A DNA stretch of 64,000 nt from Chrysomallon squamiferum (GCA_012295275.1 CM022665.1:11656001-11720000), one strand, 5' to 3'; shown: positions 30,077-43,968, counted from the stretch's first letter. Notes: generated by a model not told the origin, from the sequence alone. Numbers and translations are program-made.

Positions 30077-32429
30077 AATTTTATCTATGGCGTTTTGGGA
30101 TGTTTTGGGGTTTTTTTGTTTTACTTTACAGTTTTCTGTACCATGTTAATGATTAATTTATTAGTGTTTTGAGGTTTTTCTTGCTTAAAAACCTGCATTG
30201 TGTTTGATTTAGAGAAAAAAAAAATAGCCTAGCAAATGTTATTTACTTACAGAAAATCAACAGTAAAAAAAATATAAAATGTTTACAAAAATAATAAGAC
30301 GAGGAAGAAGAATGTAAAATACAATCAGAACATTATAATAAGATATAGCTGTTAAAATATTGATGCTAGTGAAAACTGTTGAATTTAGAAAAAGAACTTT
30401 AAAAAATATGTTTAAGAAATGATAAATTACACTTAAATAATAATTAAAAAAACAACAAGAAGACTGACAAAAAAAAAAAAAAAAAAATCACAGTTGGAAA
30501 ATATCTTCAAATAAAAACAGAACACTGCAGTGAATGCTTCTTTGTTACAATGCAAAAACAATACAAAGGCATCTTCAGTGTGTTCAGTGACTTCATGGCT
30601 GTGAAAATGGAATTCGCAAAAACAGTTTATTTTATAGTAAAATAAGCTGCCTGATAAATTATTATTATTTATTTATAATTAACAGTCTTCTTTGTGTATT
30701 TATTTTTCTGAGAAACTAAATTCAGTGCAGTGTTTCTCAGAAAATTAAAAATTTTGTGTTTTTAAAATAAACCTTTGTGGTTATGGAATATTTTATGTAT
30801 TATATACATATATGCAAATATGTTTTAACACAAAACACATACTAATACTGCTTTGTGCATGCATTCTTAGAATTTTAATAATTTAATTATTTAAATGTTA
30901 CAGTAATTGGTTTCTGGTTTTAAATTAATAAAGAAAAGAAAAATCAGGAAAATGTTATTAAGTGTTTTTGCTATAATACAATCTGTTACAGGTTTAAATT
31001 TTTAGCAATATATGGATGACTCGTTATTTTTGATTTATTAAAGTATGTAATTAAATATTCTGTTCATGTTTTGTTTCTGAATTAATAGTAAAGGATAAAT
31101 GAGTTACTGTTTTGAGCACATCATATTTTGTGCATGAAAAATTATGAATAACGACAAAGAGACGAATGTTCCCTGTGAAAAAATGTACATTTATTTATTA
31201 ATAAAGCAAATAAGTACATCTAAATCAAAGTTGATGGTGTCTTTTTTTTATTTTTAAATCTGCATATTTGATCACTTAGTGTGTGTAATTTGAAAGTGGT
31301 TTAATCCAGTGAATCTCAGCTTGAACTCTAGCACTCTATTGTGACTCTATGAGAACAATGATGGTAAAAATTAAACATTTACAATATATAAATGTGTAAC
31401 TACACTACAAAATTCATCATATATCTATCATTGTTTATAAATTAACCTTGGGGTCTCAGCTTTAAAAAGTATTTGAAACTGGATAATTAAACAATTAAAT
31501 GTCCAGTACCACAGGTTTAATCCTGTTCTCTCTACTTAGATCCAGCTAAAAGTGTGTGTACAGTGGTAGGACAATTAGCCTTAATAAACAAGGTAATTTC
31601 CAGATGAATGTTTTAGTTGTTACTAGCAACCAACCTTCAGTAATAATAAAATTTAAGGATGATGTAACAAGCTTGTAAATGCTGTAATTTATTATGTTAA
31701 TTTCTTCTTTGCATTTTTCTGTATGAAATAATGAAATAAATAAAGAGAAAATGTGAGGGTCCTTCCATTGTCACATATTTAACCATCTTATTAATGAAAA
31801 TACTGGGTTTCTTCCATTCTCACACCTTATTTTAAAAATGTTAGGCTTCTTCAAGTTCTCATATTCTTATTTCAACCTGATAAATTGTATTTAATTCAAA
31901 TGTAAATTGAAAGCATGTATAACAGGCAGATTATATAGTTTTAAAATTGTTCATTTATATTTAAAAAATATACTTAAAATTTAACTGTATACAGATGAAG
32001 TGTGTGTGTGTGTGTGTGTGTGTGTTAATAACAAAAACATTTTAGCTCAAGTAAACATGATTATTATTTTCATTATCTGTTGCTATATTAAAACTTAACA
32101 TAGACTTTCTTAAAGAAATAAGAAATTTAAAGACATTGAAATTTTACCTTTAATTGAAACAAATCTGTTATAAACATTGTTGTATTCAAGAAATGTATTT
32201 TCGAAATTATTTAATAATACTGTTGTTCATTTAATTATTATTAATTTTTAATGTTATAATTATAGTTAATAATATTATTATGGTTATGATACTGATTATT
32301 ATTATTATTACTACTGCTCCTACTATTATTACTCCAATTTTGTTTTTTAAACTAAAAAAAAAAAAAAAAAAAATAGTAATAAAAATAAAAATAATAACAT
32401 ATAAATACCAAAAAATTTAAAACTTGTAC

Positions 32430-35400
32430 TAAAAAAGAGTTATAAGTGTTCTCATTTGTTAAACCTTCAGTTAAGTTTTTCATATTCGTTCAAGTGAATA
32501 TTTTGTTCTGAATTAACATATCCCCATTCATTCAACCTAGCTGAGATTTGTTCATCTACAGATTCTTGTTCTCTTGGATTCTCATTATCTTCATCTGAAA
32601 CTGTATTGGTGTCTGACTGTACAGCAGAAACTGTGTTGTTATGTGAGTTCTGTTCAGTGGAGATTTCTTACACACTGTTAGTATTGTTTGTGTGTCTGTG
32701 GTTTTCCTCAAGTATCTGTTTGTTGTGATTAGATGATGGTATTACATACCTGAAACATATATACAACAATATTTATTTTAATTTTCTCTATTTTCTGGCT
32801 TTATTTATTTATTTATTATTATTATTTTTATTATCATCATCATCATCATCATTATTATTATTTTGTTGTGGTTGTTATTTCTCCCTGTCCCTCCCTCTCT
32901 CACTCTGTCTGTCTGTCTCTCTCTCTCTAAATATGTATGTATGTTTATATGTATCTTTTTTCTTTCATTCTCTCTCTCTCTGGGTCTGTCTCTTTCATAT
33001 CCATCCACACGTACACTTATTCACATATTTGTAAAGACTTACCCACCATGAGATAATCTAATATCTTTATCATTAAATGTAAGAAATAATTTAGAACATC
33101 TAATTAATTAATTAATTAATTAATTAAGACCAAAATATACCCACCAGATTAATATTCCAGTGACAGTTATCAACAGAAGTAACAGAAACACACACACACA
33201 CTGGCTGCTGCTATAGCAAAGTCTTTGTAGTCTGAAGGATAAAAAGAAAAGCAAATTTAAAAAATATAATTAACAAGATAAACTGGAGTATGAAACACAA
33301 AACCATAAATTTTATTTTTGTCTCAACAGAAAATATTCCTTCTCAATGACATTAAAAAAAATATATAATAATAATTTAAATAATATAATAATAAATAATA
33401 TATGCTTGTATACAAATACAAGATGTTTTATTCTGTAATGAAAATATTATAAATTATTTTAGAATACTTACATGTTAACCCACATATATATTTGCAATAA
33501 TACATACTTTTTTAAAATTTAATTTCTTGTTTAAAAACATATTCACAATGCATATCTGTAATGTTTGAGACATTTGCTCATTTTAAATAAAAATTATTTT
33601 TCTGTTCAAATTATGAAACATTTTCATTTATTTATTTATTATTATTATTATTTTTTTATTGTTTGTTTTTTTTTTTTTTTTTTGAGTTAGATTTAATTTA
33701 ATTACTTATGTAAATGATGATAATATTTCTGATATATTTCTCTTTCTGATGATAATGATATATGATGATGGTAGTGATGAATTTTCTAGTTTAACTGATC
33801 TTTTTGAGGAAAAACATATTTATAGTAATGATGATGTTGATTTTTCTTACTTGAGCTTTTTGATGACAGATGTTTCTGATGATGATGATGATGATGGTGA
33901 ATGTGGTGAAGATGCAACTATAATTCTTTCTTTTAAATTTGACATTGTTGATGTTCTTTCAGTTGAAGGTGTGTTTGTCAATCTTTATAACAGTATGTTG
34001 ACTTCTGACAATTTACCATTGCATTCAAATGTCATAGGTTCTTGATTATATCCTTAAGAAAAGTATGTAAATATATTTTGACAAATAATAATGTCTAAAA
34101 TAAATAAATAAATAAATAATAGTAATGATGATGATAATTATTAGAAATAAATTTTTATCTCATGGCTTTTACTTATATCCACACATGCACACATAAAAAA
34201 AAAAAACATATATTTTTCATTATTATGTTTACTATTATTTATACTATATTTTATTTATTTATTTAAATAAAGCAAAATATTAATTACAGATTAGCTAAAA
34301 AAAAAAAAAAAAAAAAAAAAATAAAAAATAATGTTTTATTTATCAAATAATTTATTGAAATTTTATTACAAAGTTCAACAGTGATATTTATATTTAGCCT
34401 TTATTTTCTTAAAAAATATGTGACCAAGCAAATTTGTTAAAGGAATGAACAATAATAAAAGTTCATACATTGTATATTTATAAAACAATTAGTCTTTGCA
34501 AACAATAAAGTATAGAAGTAAATTAGGAGGCAGACTTTTAAAAAATAAAATTATTATGTTAGTACCTACTCTTCAGAATGTGAAACAAAAATCATTGTAA
34601 TTTCCCTATCCTCAGTCTATCATGACTTTTTTCATAACACCAGTTGACTGTAGAAAATAAAATAATGGAATGAAACTGAAATAATATATTCATATTAAGA
34701 ATACATTTAACATACCCTTTATCTCCAACCATACATTCTGTTGAGACTGATTCTTGTTGTTGTAAAATATCTGAACTCTTTTCTGTGACTGAGCAAAAAT
34801 TAGGTTTTTCTTTTGTAAAAGACAGTTTTCAGTTGGACACAGTTCCACAACATCTCTTTCTGTATCCCATAAAACTGTTGTAGAATTCACTACAGTGAGA
34901 CTTGCTCTCTGGTTAGAACTGTAACTAAAATACAAGTCAAGAATTTGTAATGTCATATATTGTCTATTTGTTTTCAGTAAACAAGCACAGTTTTTAGTTG
35001 ATGGCTGAGAATTCAAAAATCCAGGACTTTTTAGATACATGACTGGATTTGATTTGTTTGTTTTCAGATAAATGTCATGACAGATGTCAATGATTGCAAA
35101 ATCTAAAATACATAACAATACATTTGTTACATCCATGTCAAACAATAAACAGTATTCTGTTGTATTTTAATAATAATAAGAAGAAATTAGAAAGGTATAC
35201 TGGTAATAATAATAATAATACAGTTATAATAATAAGAAGAATGTGTATGTGTATGTCTGTTTGTGTGTGTGTGAGAGCAAGAGTCTGTAAGTGTCTGTGC
35301 ATGTGTGTGTGTGTAAATACAAGTGTGCAAGTCTGTGTGTATGTGTATGTATGACATCAAATAACATTAATATTAAAATGAAAGTATATTAAATAAATAT

Positions 35401-36486
35401 GATATTGTTAACTATACTTAACAATTAACACAGTCATAATTCACTTGAGCTGCAGTAACATTACATCCTTGAAAGTTATAAATTAAAAATTCTTGTTGAC
35501 ACTGTGTTTTTCCGTTGCAAGTAACATATGTTTTCCAGTTTATGCGTGTACAGTTTAATTCAGTTATCTGTGTACAGTTTTATCTGTCTGTTTTCCTCCT
35601 CTAACATCCTTGATCTGTATCACTGAACCAACATCACACACAAGATTAAGTGTGACAAAATTATTCTTAAAACAACCTGATGATGTCATCATGTAACCTG
35701 AAAATTAAATTCTTGAATATTTTGAATTCTAAGTATAAAGTTTTCGCAGACAGCAGCTTATTTTAGTTTGATGAAATTTAATTTCGAATTAAATTTACAG
35801 CAAACTATCAGAGTATGTTAGAAATGAGAAATGGTATTTATCGTGGTGTGAACATAATTTTAGCCTAAATATATTTTAAATTTTTCTATATGCTTCTGAA
35901 TAATAATAAAGTATCACTATAAAATAGAAATCTTATATGAAGATTGATATTTTGTACATAGAATTGCAAAAATATCTTTAGATTGAAGATATTAAATCAA
36001 GTTTTGTATGCATGGATTTTATGTATTTTCTTTTCAGTGTTTGAAAATCATGCAAGGGACAAGCAAAATGGTTGTCATAAAACATTTAACAAGTGGTCAT
36101 TATAAGCAGGTAGCTGTCACAGAGAGGTAGCCACATTAGAAGAAGTAACTTTGTGCAGCATTTGATATTACTTAACATATACAGCTAGATCCATGAAACA
36201 AAATAAAAAACATATGTCAACAGTTTAAACATATCTTATGCCTCCACTGTTTGATATCAACAAATGTTCAAGGAACAAAAACTGCAAAATAAAATAAGAA
36301 AACATATGTCAGCAGTTAATATTTTATTTTATATGAAATAACATAATATATGTCAACTGTTAACAACATATTTAATACATCTAGTATTTAATATTACTTA
36401 CCAAATGCTGAAGGAGCAAAATCCATGAAATAAATTAAGACAGTACATGTCAGTAGTTTATGATTGTATCCACAGATACCCTCCAT
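32430..36486 (-). pseudogene. Receptor B, disrupted paralog. Exons: signal 36486-36402, lectin-like 35697-35423, CUB-like 35102-34716, stalk 34052-~33705, TM 33231-33145, tail 32749-~32430
   Basis: Same exon plan as E. The lectin exon is 275 nt vs 276 in E (1-nt deletion at ~35579). The stalk has three in-frame TAA codons, the TM is frameshifted by a (GT)n expansion, and the tail has in-frame stops. The CUB exon is intact (ORF 34690-35145). Confidence 0.8.
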
Positions 36487-37341
36487 GTTTAAAATATTTT
36501 AAATTACTTGTTTGCTTTGTGATACCCTAACTCTTGTTTTTGTGAGTACAAATTCTTCCTGGTTATGAATGTATCTAGAAAAAAGCCTTAAAAATCTGTC
36601 TGTGTAAAGAAGACAGCTCTGACAGGCTGACCTATTAAAATATATAATACATGATTTGTGTATGCTGTGTATTTCTGTTAATATTAACAGGATTGCATAT
36701 ACAGAAAAATGTATTCACACACATTCAAATACTGATTTGTGTGTGTCTGTGCATGTGTGTGTGTGTAGGTGTGGGTATGTGTGTATGTATTTTCGTGTGT
36801 GTGTGTGTATGTGTGTGTTAATGTGGATGTGTTTGTGATTATGTGGGAGTAATTATTTTAAAAAGACATCCACCCCAAAATCCCTTCAGTAGAATGGTAG
36901 GTACACAGCATGTATGTTATAATGATAGATATGAAATCATTTATAAAGTCACAGCTACTCTGAATGTTTGTTTGTGTGATTATTTATGTGTATATGTACT
37001 GATGTGTATGTGTGTGTGCATGTCTACATTTGCATGCGAGTATGTATATGTATGTGTGTATGCATAATGTCTGTATGTATGTGAGTATGTATATATATAT
37101 ATATGAGTATATATATAATGTGTGTATCTACATGTATATCAGATAACATTTGTTATTTTAACTCAGATATCTCCATATATTCTGTTTCTGTTTTCATTTC
37201 TTGCTATACTTTTTTTTAACTTACATTTTTTATTTCTCAGAATACTCTGATTATAAAGAGCATGTGAACAGACACTACTTTACACTTTTGTATGAAATCA
37301 TTCAGCTGTGACCAGTAAAAAGTCACTCAAATTAACTTGTA

Positions 37342-37685
37342 CAGTGAAACTCCTCTAAACCAAACCCTCTGTAAAATGAAGTCCCCAGTGAATATCTTGC
37401 TGTTTGAACCTAATCAGTTTACATAAGTGTCCAGCAAAGCAGCCATGAATTTAACTCATTTTAATTGTTTCTTTTCCACAATGTTTATTTAGTCTAATAA
37501 GTAATTCTAAATTTAGTATGTTTCAAAGTTACTTCAATAAAGAATTTATAAAGAATTTAGAATTTAATTTTTTACAGTAAGCATTTTTATTTTTTTTAAA
37601 GACAATTTCTTGAAACCTCATAAAATCAAATACCTCTTAAAAGCAAACAATTGATTTGGGTGTTCAGGTTAGATGAGTTTCACTG
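37342..37685. mobile_element. MITE with TA target-site duplication
   Basis: TA|CAGTGAAACTCCTCTAAACC ... GGTTAGATGAGTTTCACTG|TA. Confidence 0.75.
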
Positions 37686-38354
37686 TATAATAAAAATCAG
37701 TGAGCAGAGTGTAATGTTTCACAATAATATTTAGCAGACATTATGTACATTATTTTCACACTGAGATATCTTGTAGATACAGATATGATTTTATTTTTAA
37801 AATATTTTATAAAAAAAAAAAATTATTTTACCATCAATTTTTTACTTTTTTAAAAATAAATAAATGAATAAATATATAAAATAAATAAGTAAATATAAAA
37901 AAAAATAAATAAAATGAAATAAAAAAAATAAAAAATTAATTAATTAAGTAAGTAAAGAAATAAAATAAAATAAATATATAACAAAAATTTTAAACCAAAA
38001 TATCAAGAAAATTTTAAAAATAAAACAAAAAGAACAATTTTAAAAACATGTTTTTAAAATGTTTAAACAGAAGCTTTTTTTTTAATGATAAATAACAAAA
38101 ATGAATAAACAAATATATGAAAATAAATGAATAAATATATAAAATAAATAAGTAAATATATAAAAAATAAATAAAATATAAAGAGAGAGAGAGAGAGAGA
38201 GTTATTCAGCTAAATGTTTTGTTAAATATTCAGAATTACATGTTATTAACATCTATACATAAAAGATATCTTAGATTTGCTTTTCCTGTAAACAGAATTT
38301 CTAAATTTTGTGGTTAAATGATGTCTTTATTCACTTTGCTGTACAATGATGCAT

Positions 38355-38541
38355 TGAAAGAGGAAAACTGTAACCTCTGCTCCACTGATTTCTGTTGTCA
38401 GTCAGCAGCAAGGAATCTTGTCAGTTGTAGGACACTGGCTGGATTGAGAAATAGCACAATTGGAGCACTGAGGAGGAGAGAGCTTGTGACCTGTCAGACA
38501 TCAGACTTTTACTCTAACCACTGAGCTAAAGTCCTCTACCC
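38355..38541 (-). mobile_element. Degenerate tRNA-derived SINE (second copy at ~61645-61822)
   Basis: The 5' end has an A-box-like TTTAGCTCAGTGGTTAGAG, followed by GCTATTTCTCAATCCAGCCAGTG...CCTTGCTGCT, which I recall from gastropod SINE bodies. No full tRNA cloverleaf is present. Confidence 0.55.
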
Positions 38542-38692
38542 AGTCAACAGGAATCTGACATTTTAAACTTTTTTTTTTTTTTTTTATTTTGTATTATGTA
38601 ATTTGAAAAAGAAGAAAAAATATTATGAACAAATCCCTATTTAACAATAATCATTTAATATGTATGTTTTTATATCATTCAAGTTCCTATTC

Positions 38693-41015
38693 TCAGACAT
38701 CTGAAAAGTCTGACATTTGTTCCTGTGGGATAATTAGCTGGTTATCTTCTGTATAGTAAATATCATTAACTTTCATTTCATCATCTGGAACACATTTTGG
38801 TTCTTGTTCAGCCTGATAGTAAATATCATTAACTTTCATTTCATCATCTGGAACGCATTTTGCTTCTTGTTCAGCCTGATAGTAAATATCATTAACTTTC
38901 ATTTCATCATCTGGAACACATTTTGCTTCTTGTTCAGCCTGATAGTAAATATCATTAACTTTCATTTCATCATCTGGAACACATTTTGGTTCTTGTTCAG
39001 CCTGATAGTAAATATCATTAACTTTCATTTCATCATCTGGAACACATTTTGGTTCTTGTTCAGCCTGATAGTAAATATCATTAACTTTCATTTCATCATC
39101 TGGAACACATTTTGGTTCTTGTTCAGCCTGATAGTAAATATCATTAACTTTCATTTCATCATCTGGAACACATTTTGGTTCTTGTTCTGTACCATTATCA
39201 CCCTGATAGTAAATATCATTAACTTTCATTTCATCATCTGGAACACATTTTGGTTCTTGTTCTGTACCATTATCATCCTGATAGTAAATATCATTAACTT
39301 TCATTTCATCATCTGGAACACATTGGGGTTCTTGATCAGCCTGATAGTAAATATCATTAACTTTCATTTCATCATCTGGAACACATTTTGGTTCTTGTTC
39401 AGCCTGATAGTAAATATCATTAACTTTCATTTCATCATCTGGAACACATTTTGGTTCTTGTTCTGTACCATTATCAGCCTGATAGTAAATATCATTAACT
39501 TTCATTTCATCATCTGGAACACACTGGGGTTCTTGTTCTACTTCTTCATCATCAGGTGTTTCATCTGAACACTTGTTAAATGGAACATTTGTTTGATCCT
39601 TGAAATAAATATCATTCATTTTCATGTCTTTTTCAGGAACTGATATGATCTGGATTTTAGTTTGTTCTTCTTCTGATTTGGTTGACATACTTTTCAGTGA
39701 CTTCATTTCCATCTCACTGTTCTTGGCACTGTTTATCAATTTTGGTTTTGTTTTCTTTTCCAGAAAACATTTGGGATTTCTTTCTATTCTCCATCTGTCA
39801 GTGTCTCCCTGGTCATCGTCTTTGGTACAATAAACTTGATTGATGTCCATCAGTTTGTCAGGGACACAATTTTCAGAGTGCTCTGCAGTAAAATTGTCCT
39901 GTCCAGATGGTTCCATCTCCTCCAGGTTTATTTCAGTGTAGTTGCTGAAACGTTTGTCTAGTTCTGGGATTTCACAGTATAAGTTGCTGGATTCTTTGGG
40001 TTCAGGTTCATGATGCGATTTGAAATTATTTTTCTTTATCCTGAAACAAAGAGAAACAAACCACTTAATATTATTATTTATTTATTTATTTATTTATTTT
40101 TTGGATTTGTTGTCCATATTGACAGTAGAAAGATCCTATATTCAAACTATACAGAAATGAGGTCTGTTTTTTTTTTAATTGAATTAATTTAACTTTGTGT
40201 ATTTGTCTATTTTCCAGATTGGATTATGAATTAATTCAGTGGACTTTAGATTATGTTATGAAAATAAAAAGGAAAAAATTATAATACTGAATTAAAAGTA
40301 AAAAAGAAAAAAGAAAATTTAAATATTAATAATAGATCTATAACATAATAGTAACAAATCAACATAATAAAAATAATAAAAAGAAGAAGAGGTAGAGGAA
40401 AAACAACAAAGCAACAACAGCTACAGTAGCAACAACAACAACAGCAAAAAGAAGATGAACACAAAAAGATTAGATGCAAATTTTAAAGAACATTCAATTT
40501 CCTTGTTTGTTATATAATCAATCATCTTCCTAACTTATTCATTTTTCAAATTCTTTTCCTCGACATTTCTAAAAAAAAACTAAAAAAAAACATACTCTGA
40601 TTAAGGATTATAGAAAAGGATCATTGCATTTTTGAATGTATGTGCCCTTACTGTTTAGGTTTTAATCATAATGTATTACATGACAGTGCACACTAACGTG
40701 ATTATTATATACATACCTGTAAAGATAACATACTCCTATTACAACTGTTGCAATAATCAAAACAACACCTACGACAGCAACAGGTATTATGATTATCTTG
40801 ATATCGGTATCTGAAAATATAAAGCTATCTCTATAACATTAACAAAAAATATAATCTTAGTAATACCTCAGAATACTTTACTATTAACTTGTATTTGAAA
40901 TTTCTTTCAAAATAGAAGCCTTGTGTATTCACCACTATTGAGTCCCTTAGAAGGAGGTTTATAAATACATGTATACGAGTGTTTGTCTGTGTGTCTCTAT
41001 GTCTGTCTATCTTTC

Positions 41016-41060
<45 letters not shown>

Positions 41061-43770
41061 ATATATGTATGTATGTATGTATGTATGCTTGTATACATAT
41101 ATACTTACATATATGTGTGTGTGTGTTTATGTATGTGTCTATATATGTATGTAATTGACTACTACTATTAATAATACTAATATACAAGTGAATATTCTGT
41201 TGTACTGAACAATAAACAAATATGTATAACATTACAATTAAAATACAACAGAACAACAACAAAAAAGATACCTTCTTTCCCATTAAGTGCTGAGTGGTTG
41301 CTGAAAACTGAGGTACTGACATTGTTCAGCAGTTTTGTAGTGAAGAATGATGATGAAGTACTGTTATTATTCAGTTTTGTAGTTTTGTGATGAAGAATGT
41401 CTAATGGTGATGAAGTACTGTTATTATTCAGTTTTGTAGTGTCCAATGATGATGAAGTACTGTTAATATTCAGTTTTGTAGATGTCTAATAATGATGAAG
41501 TACTGTTAATACTCAGTTTTGCAGTGTTTGATGATAATGTGCTGCTGATAAACATGGTCACTGATGTTGATTGTGTTATTGTGGTTGAAGCTGTTGTCTG
41601 GTTCTTGCTGTCAGAAACTTCAGTAGACATGTTTGTGGTTTCTGCTGCTGTTGTAGATCTGTCAGTCTCATGTTTCACTGCTGTTGTTGATGTTGATGGT
41701 GATGTTGTGTGTAGTCTGGTGTTGTTCTAGAAGCTGTAGTGATTGTACTATTCCTTGTGTAAGTACAGCTCAGATTCATAAGAACATCAGGTGAACCTGT
41801 AATAGAATTGTATGTATGTATGTATATATGTATGTATGTATGTATGTATGCATGTATATGTGTTTGTATGTATGTATGTATGTATGTATATATACACTTA
41901 TGTATGTATGTATGCATGTATATGTGTTTGTGTATGTATGTGTGTACAAATGTAGGTAGGTAGGTAGGTATGTGTTGTGAATGTGTGTGTCTGTGTGTGT
42001 GTGAATGTGTGTATATTTGTTTGTGGGTTTGTGCATTTCTTGAGTGTGTCTGTTAATGATGTAAACTGCACAATTTTCTTTCAACAAATATGAAAATAAA
42101 ATAATAAGGAATTATTAATCTGTTTATAATTTTTTTTATTTACCTTTTACCTGTATCCATATATTATGATTTCTGCTTGTTTGACTGGAATACTCTATAA
42201 AAACACTTCCACCATATCCTGGTATTATGTTATTTATCAGTCTTTCTTCTGTGGTATTTGATGATATTTGATAATTTAGGTTGGAGTCAGATGTAATGTT
42301 CAAATACCACTTTTCACTTGTAGTTTTATTTCTATAAAAGTCAGCAATTATAACTTGTATGTTTTTTCCTTGAATTTCACAATGACACATCACATTATCT
42401 GAGTAAGACTGAGGATTCCTGAGAAAAAGTGAGACATTGACTGTTTCTGTGAGACTAGAACACATGTCAAAGTTAACAGAATCTGAAAGATATACAAATA
42501 TTACAAAATAAATTCAACAAATCAAAAAAAACATGAAATAAATAAAATTTGAAAGAAAGTGTTTGTTTTTATTTGTATGTGTTTTAGTAAATGTTTTTAA
42601 AATACCACTAAAATGTTAAAAATTCTGCATCATTTCACATTTTAAAAAAAAAGACAGTGAGAGAAACTTAAAAACAGTTACTAAAATACATATTATTTTT
42701 TGCTTTTAAATAGTTTCATATTTTAACTATACTTTGTTTTCTTCTTTTTTTTTTACTTGCATTAAGGTTGACATTTGTGTAGACTTTTTGTATTAAACGA
42801 AATAACAGAGACAACATAAGCCTAATATTAAGATGAATTTTCAAAATTAGCCAAGATCAGAAATAACTTTACATAGGCTGTTTAAAATTGATCAGACAGA
42901 TTTGAAAGAAGGAATAAGAAGTAAATCTTCTGATAAAATATTTTTCATATATTAATAATATTATTAACAGAGGAAACAGTTAAATATCAAGTAATTATAA
43001 AAAACATGATATTTAATATATAAAGAAACAAAAAAGATAAAATATAATATATATATATATAGGTATGCAGATAGGTATATGCAGGTTAAGTATATATAAA
43101 TATGGAAGTAGAAAAAATTAAGTAAAATAAATATTTAATTATACAAACCTGGAACACATTCATAATGAGCTAAAACCAAGTGTCTACCAGAACAGTTGAA
43201 ATATTGAGGTTTAAAATATTGAGGATTGAAATATTCAGTACACTGTGTTTTACTGTTGCAGTTTGTCTGTAGTTTTATATGAGATGACATTTTGTTGTTT
43301 TCTGCTGTCTGTCCATGACATTTAGAATCTGTTACACAAGTATCACTGGAACTGCTGTTTGAATAAGACTCTGATAAAACGTGAATCACTGAATTGTTGG
43401 GACAAGCTAAATCTACTGTGTATGTGTTATCTGTAGAACAGTTCCATAGCTTGTGCTGTTGCAAACCACACACTAAATAATAAGTAAACAAAAAGAAGAA
43501 ATAAACAAATGGTATTAGTGGAACAGACACATGCATACTGAATGAGAATTATTGTTAAGATCTAATATAAATATATACAACTTTAAACTTTGATATTTTT
43601 AAGCTCTGTGTTATCTTACTGGAGCAGAAATGACATGATTGAAGACAGGAACATAATACACACTATGTCTAAGAATAATCTAGAAACTGAATTTATATAT
43701 CACTAGAATACATTGAACTTTATCTTGAAAGTTAAAATGTTAACTTTGTGTAACATGGTTGTCCTCTAAG

Positions 43771-43844
<74 letters not shown>

Positions 43845-43968
43845 TTCATTTTTAAAATCTCCTCAAGAAATAAAACAAAAACTCACCTTGTTTAACATCA
43901 AAGAAAAACATAACTGCAATAAAACAGAAGTAAAAAGAGCAAAGCAAGGAAACAAGTGTTTCAGCCAT
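38693..43968 (-). CDS. Receptor C: signal 43968-43887, SUEL/Gal-lectin-like 43472-43149, CUB-like 42482-42144, stalk 41796-41272 (internal frameshifts), TM 40810-40717, tail 40040-38693 with 12 NDIYY repeats
   Basis: Signal MAETLVSLLCSFYFCFIAVMFFFDVKQ|G. Lectin exon LACPNNSVIHV...CNSKTQC...HYECV. TM IIIIPVAVVGVVLIIATVVIGVCYLY. All splice phases are consistent. The 525-nt stalk exon contains compensating frameshifts with a TGA at 41675-41677, so C may be truncated or a pseudogene, or the assembly may be in error. Confidence 0.8.
38745..39540 (-). repeat. Coding minisatellite: 12 units of 63 or 75 bp (EQEPKCVPDDEMKVNDIYYQA with or without DNGT)
   Basis: The core tagtaaatatcattaac recurs 12 times at spacings of 63 or 75 nt. 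Confidence 0.97.

Noticed and set aside
38500-38541. tRNA-like GCTCAGTGGTTAGAG on the minus strand
   Set aside because: There is no B-box, T-arm or acceptor stem, so it is better explained as a SINE head.
38745-39540. Regular repeat array superficially like CRISPR
   Set aside because: There are no unique spacers, unit lengths are multiples of 3 inside a spliced exon, and no cas genes are present.
38804-39568. 254-aa hydrophobic repeat ORF on the + strand (also 62091-62348)
   Set aside because: It is the antisense shadow of the NDIYY coding minisatellite; the minus strand has the splice context.
43619-43690. Hydrophobic stretch ending in a GTAAG donor in intron 1 of C
   Set aside because: Its phase is incompatible with the lectin exon, and exon 43968-43887 fits and is homologous to D's signal exon.
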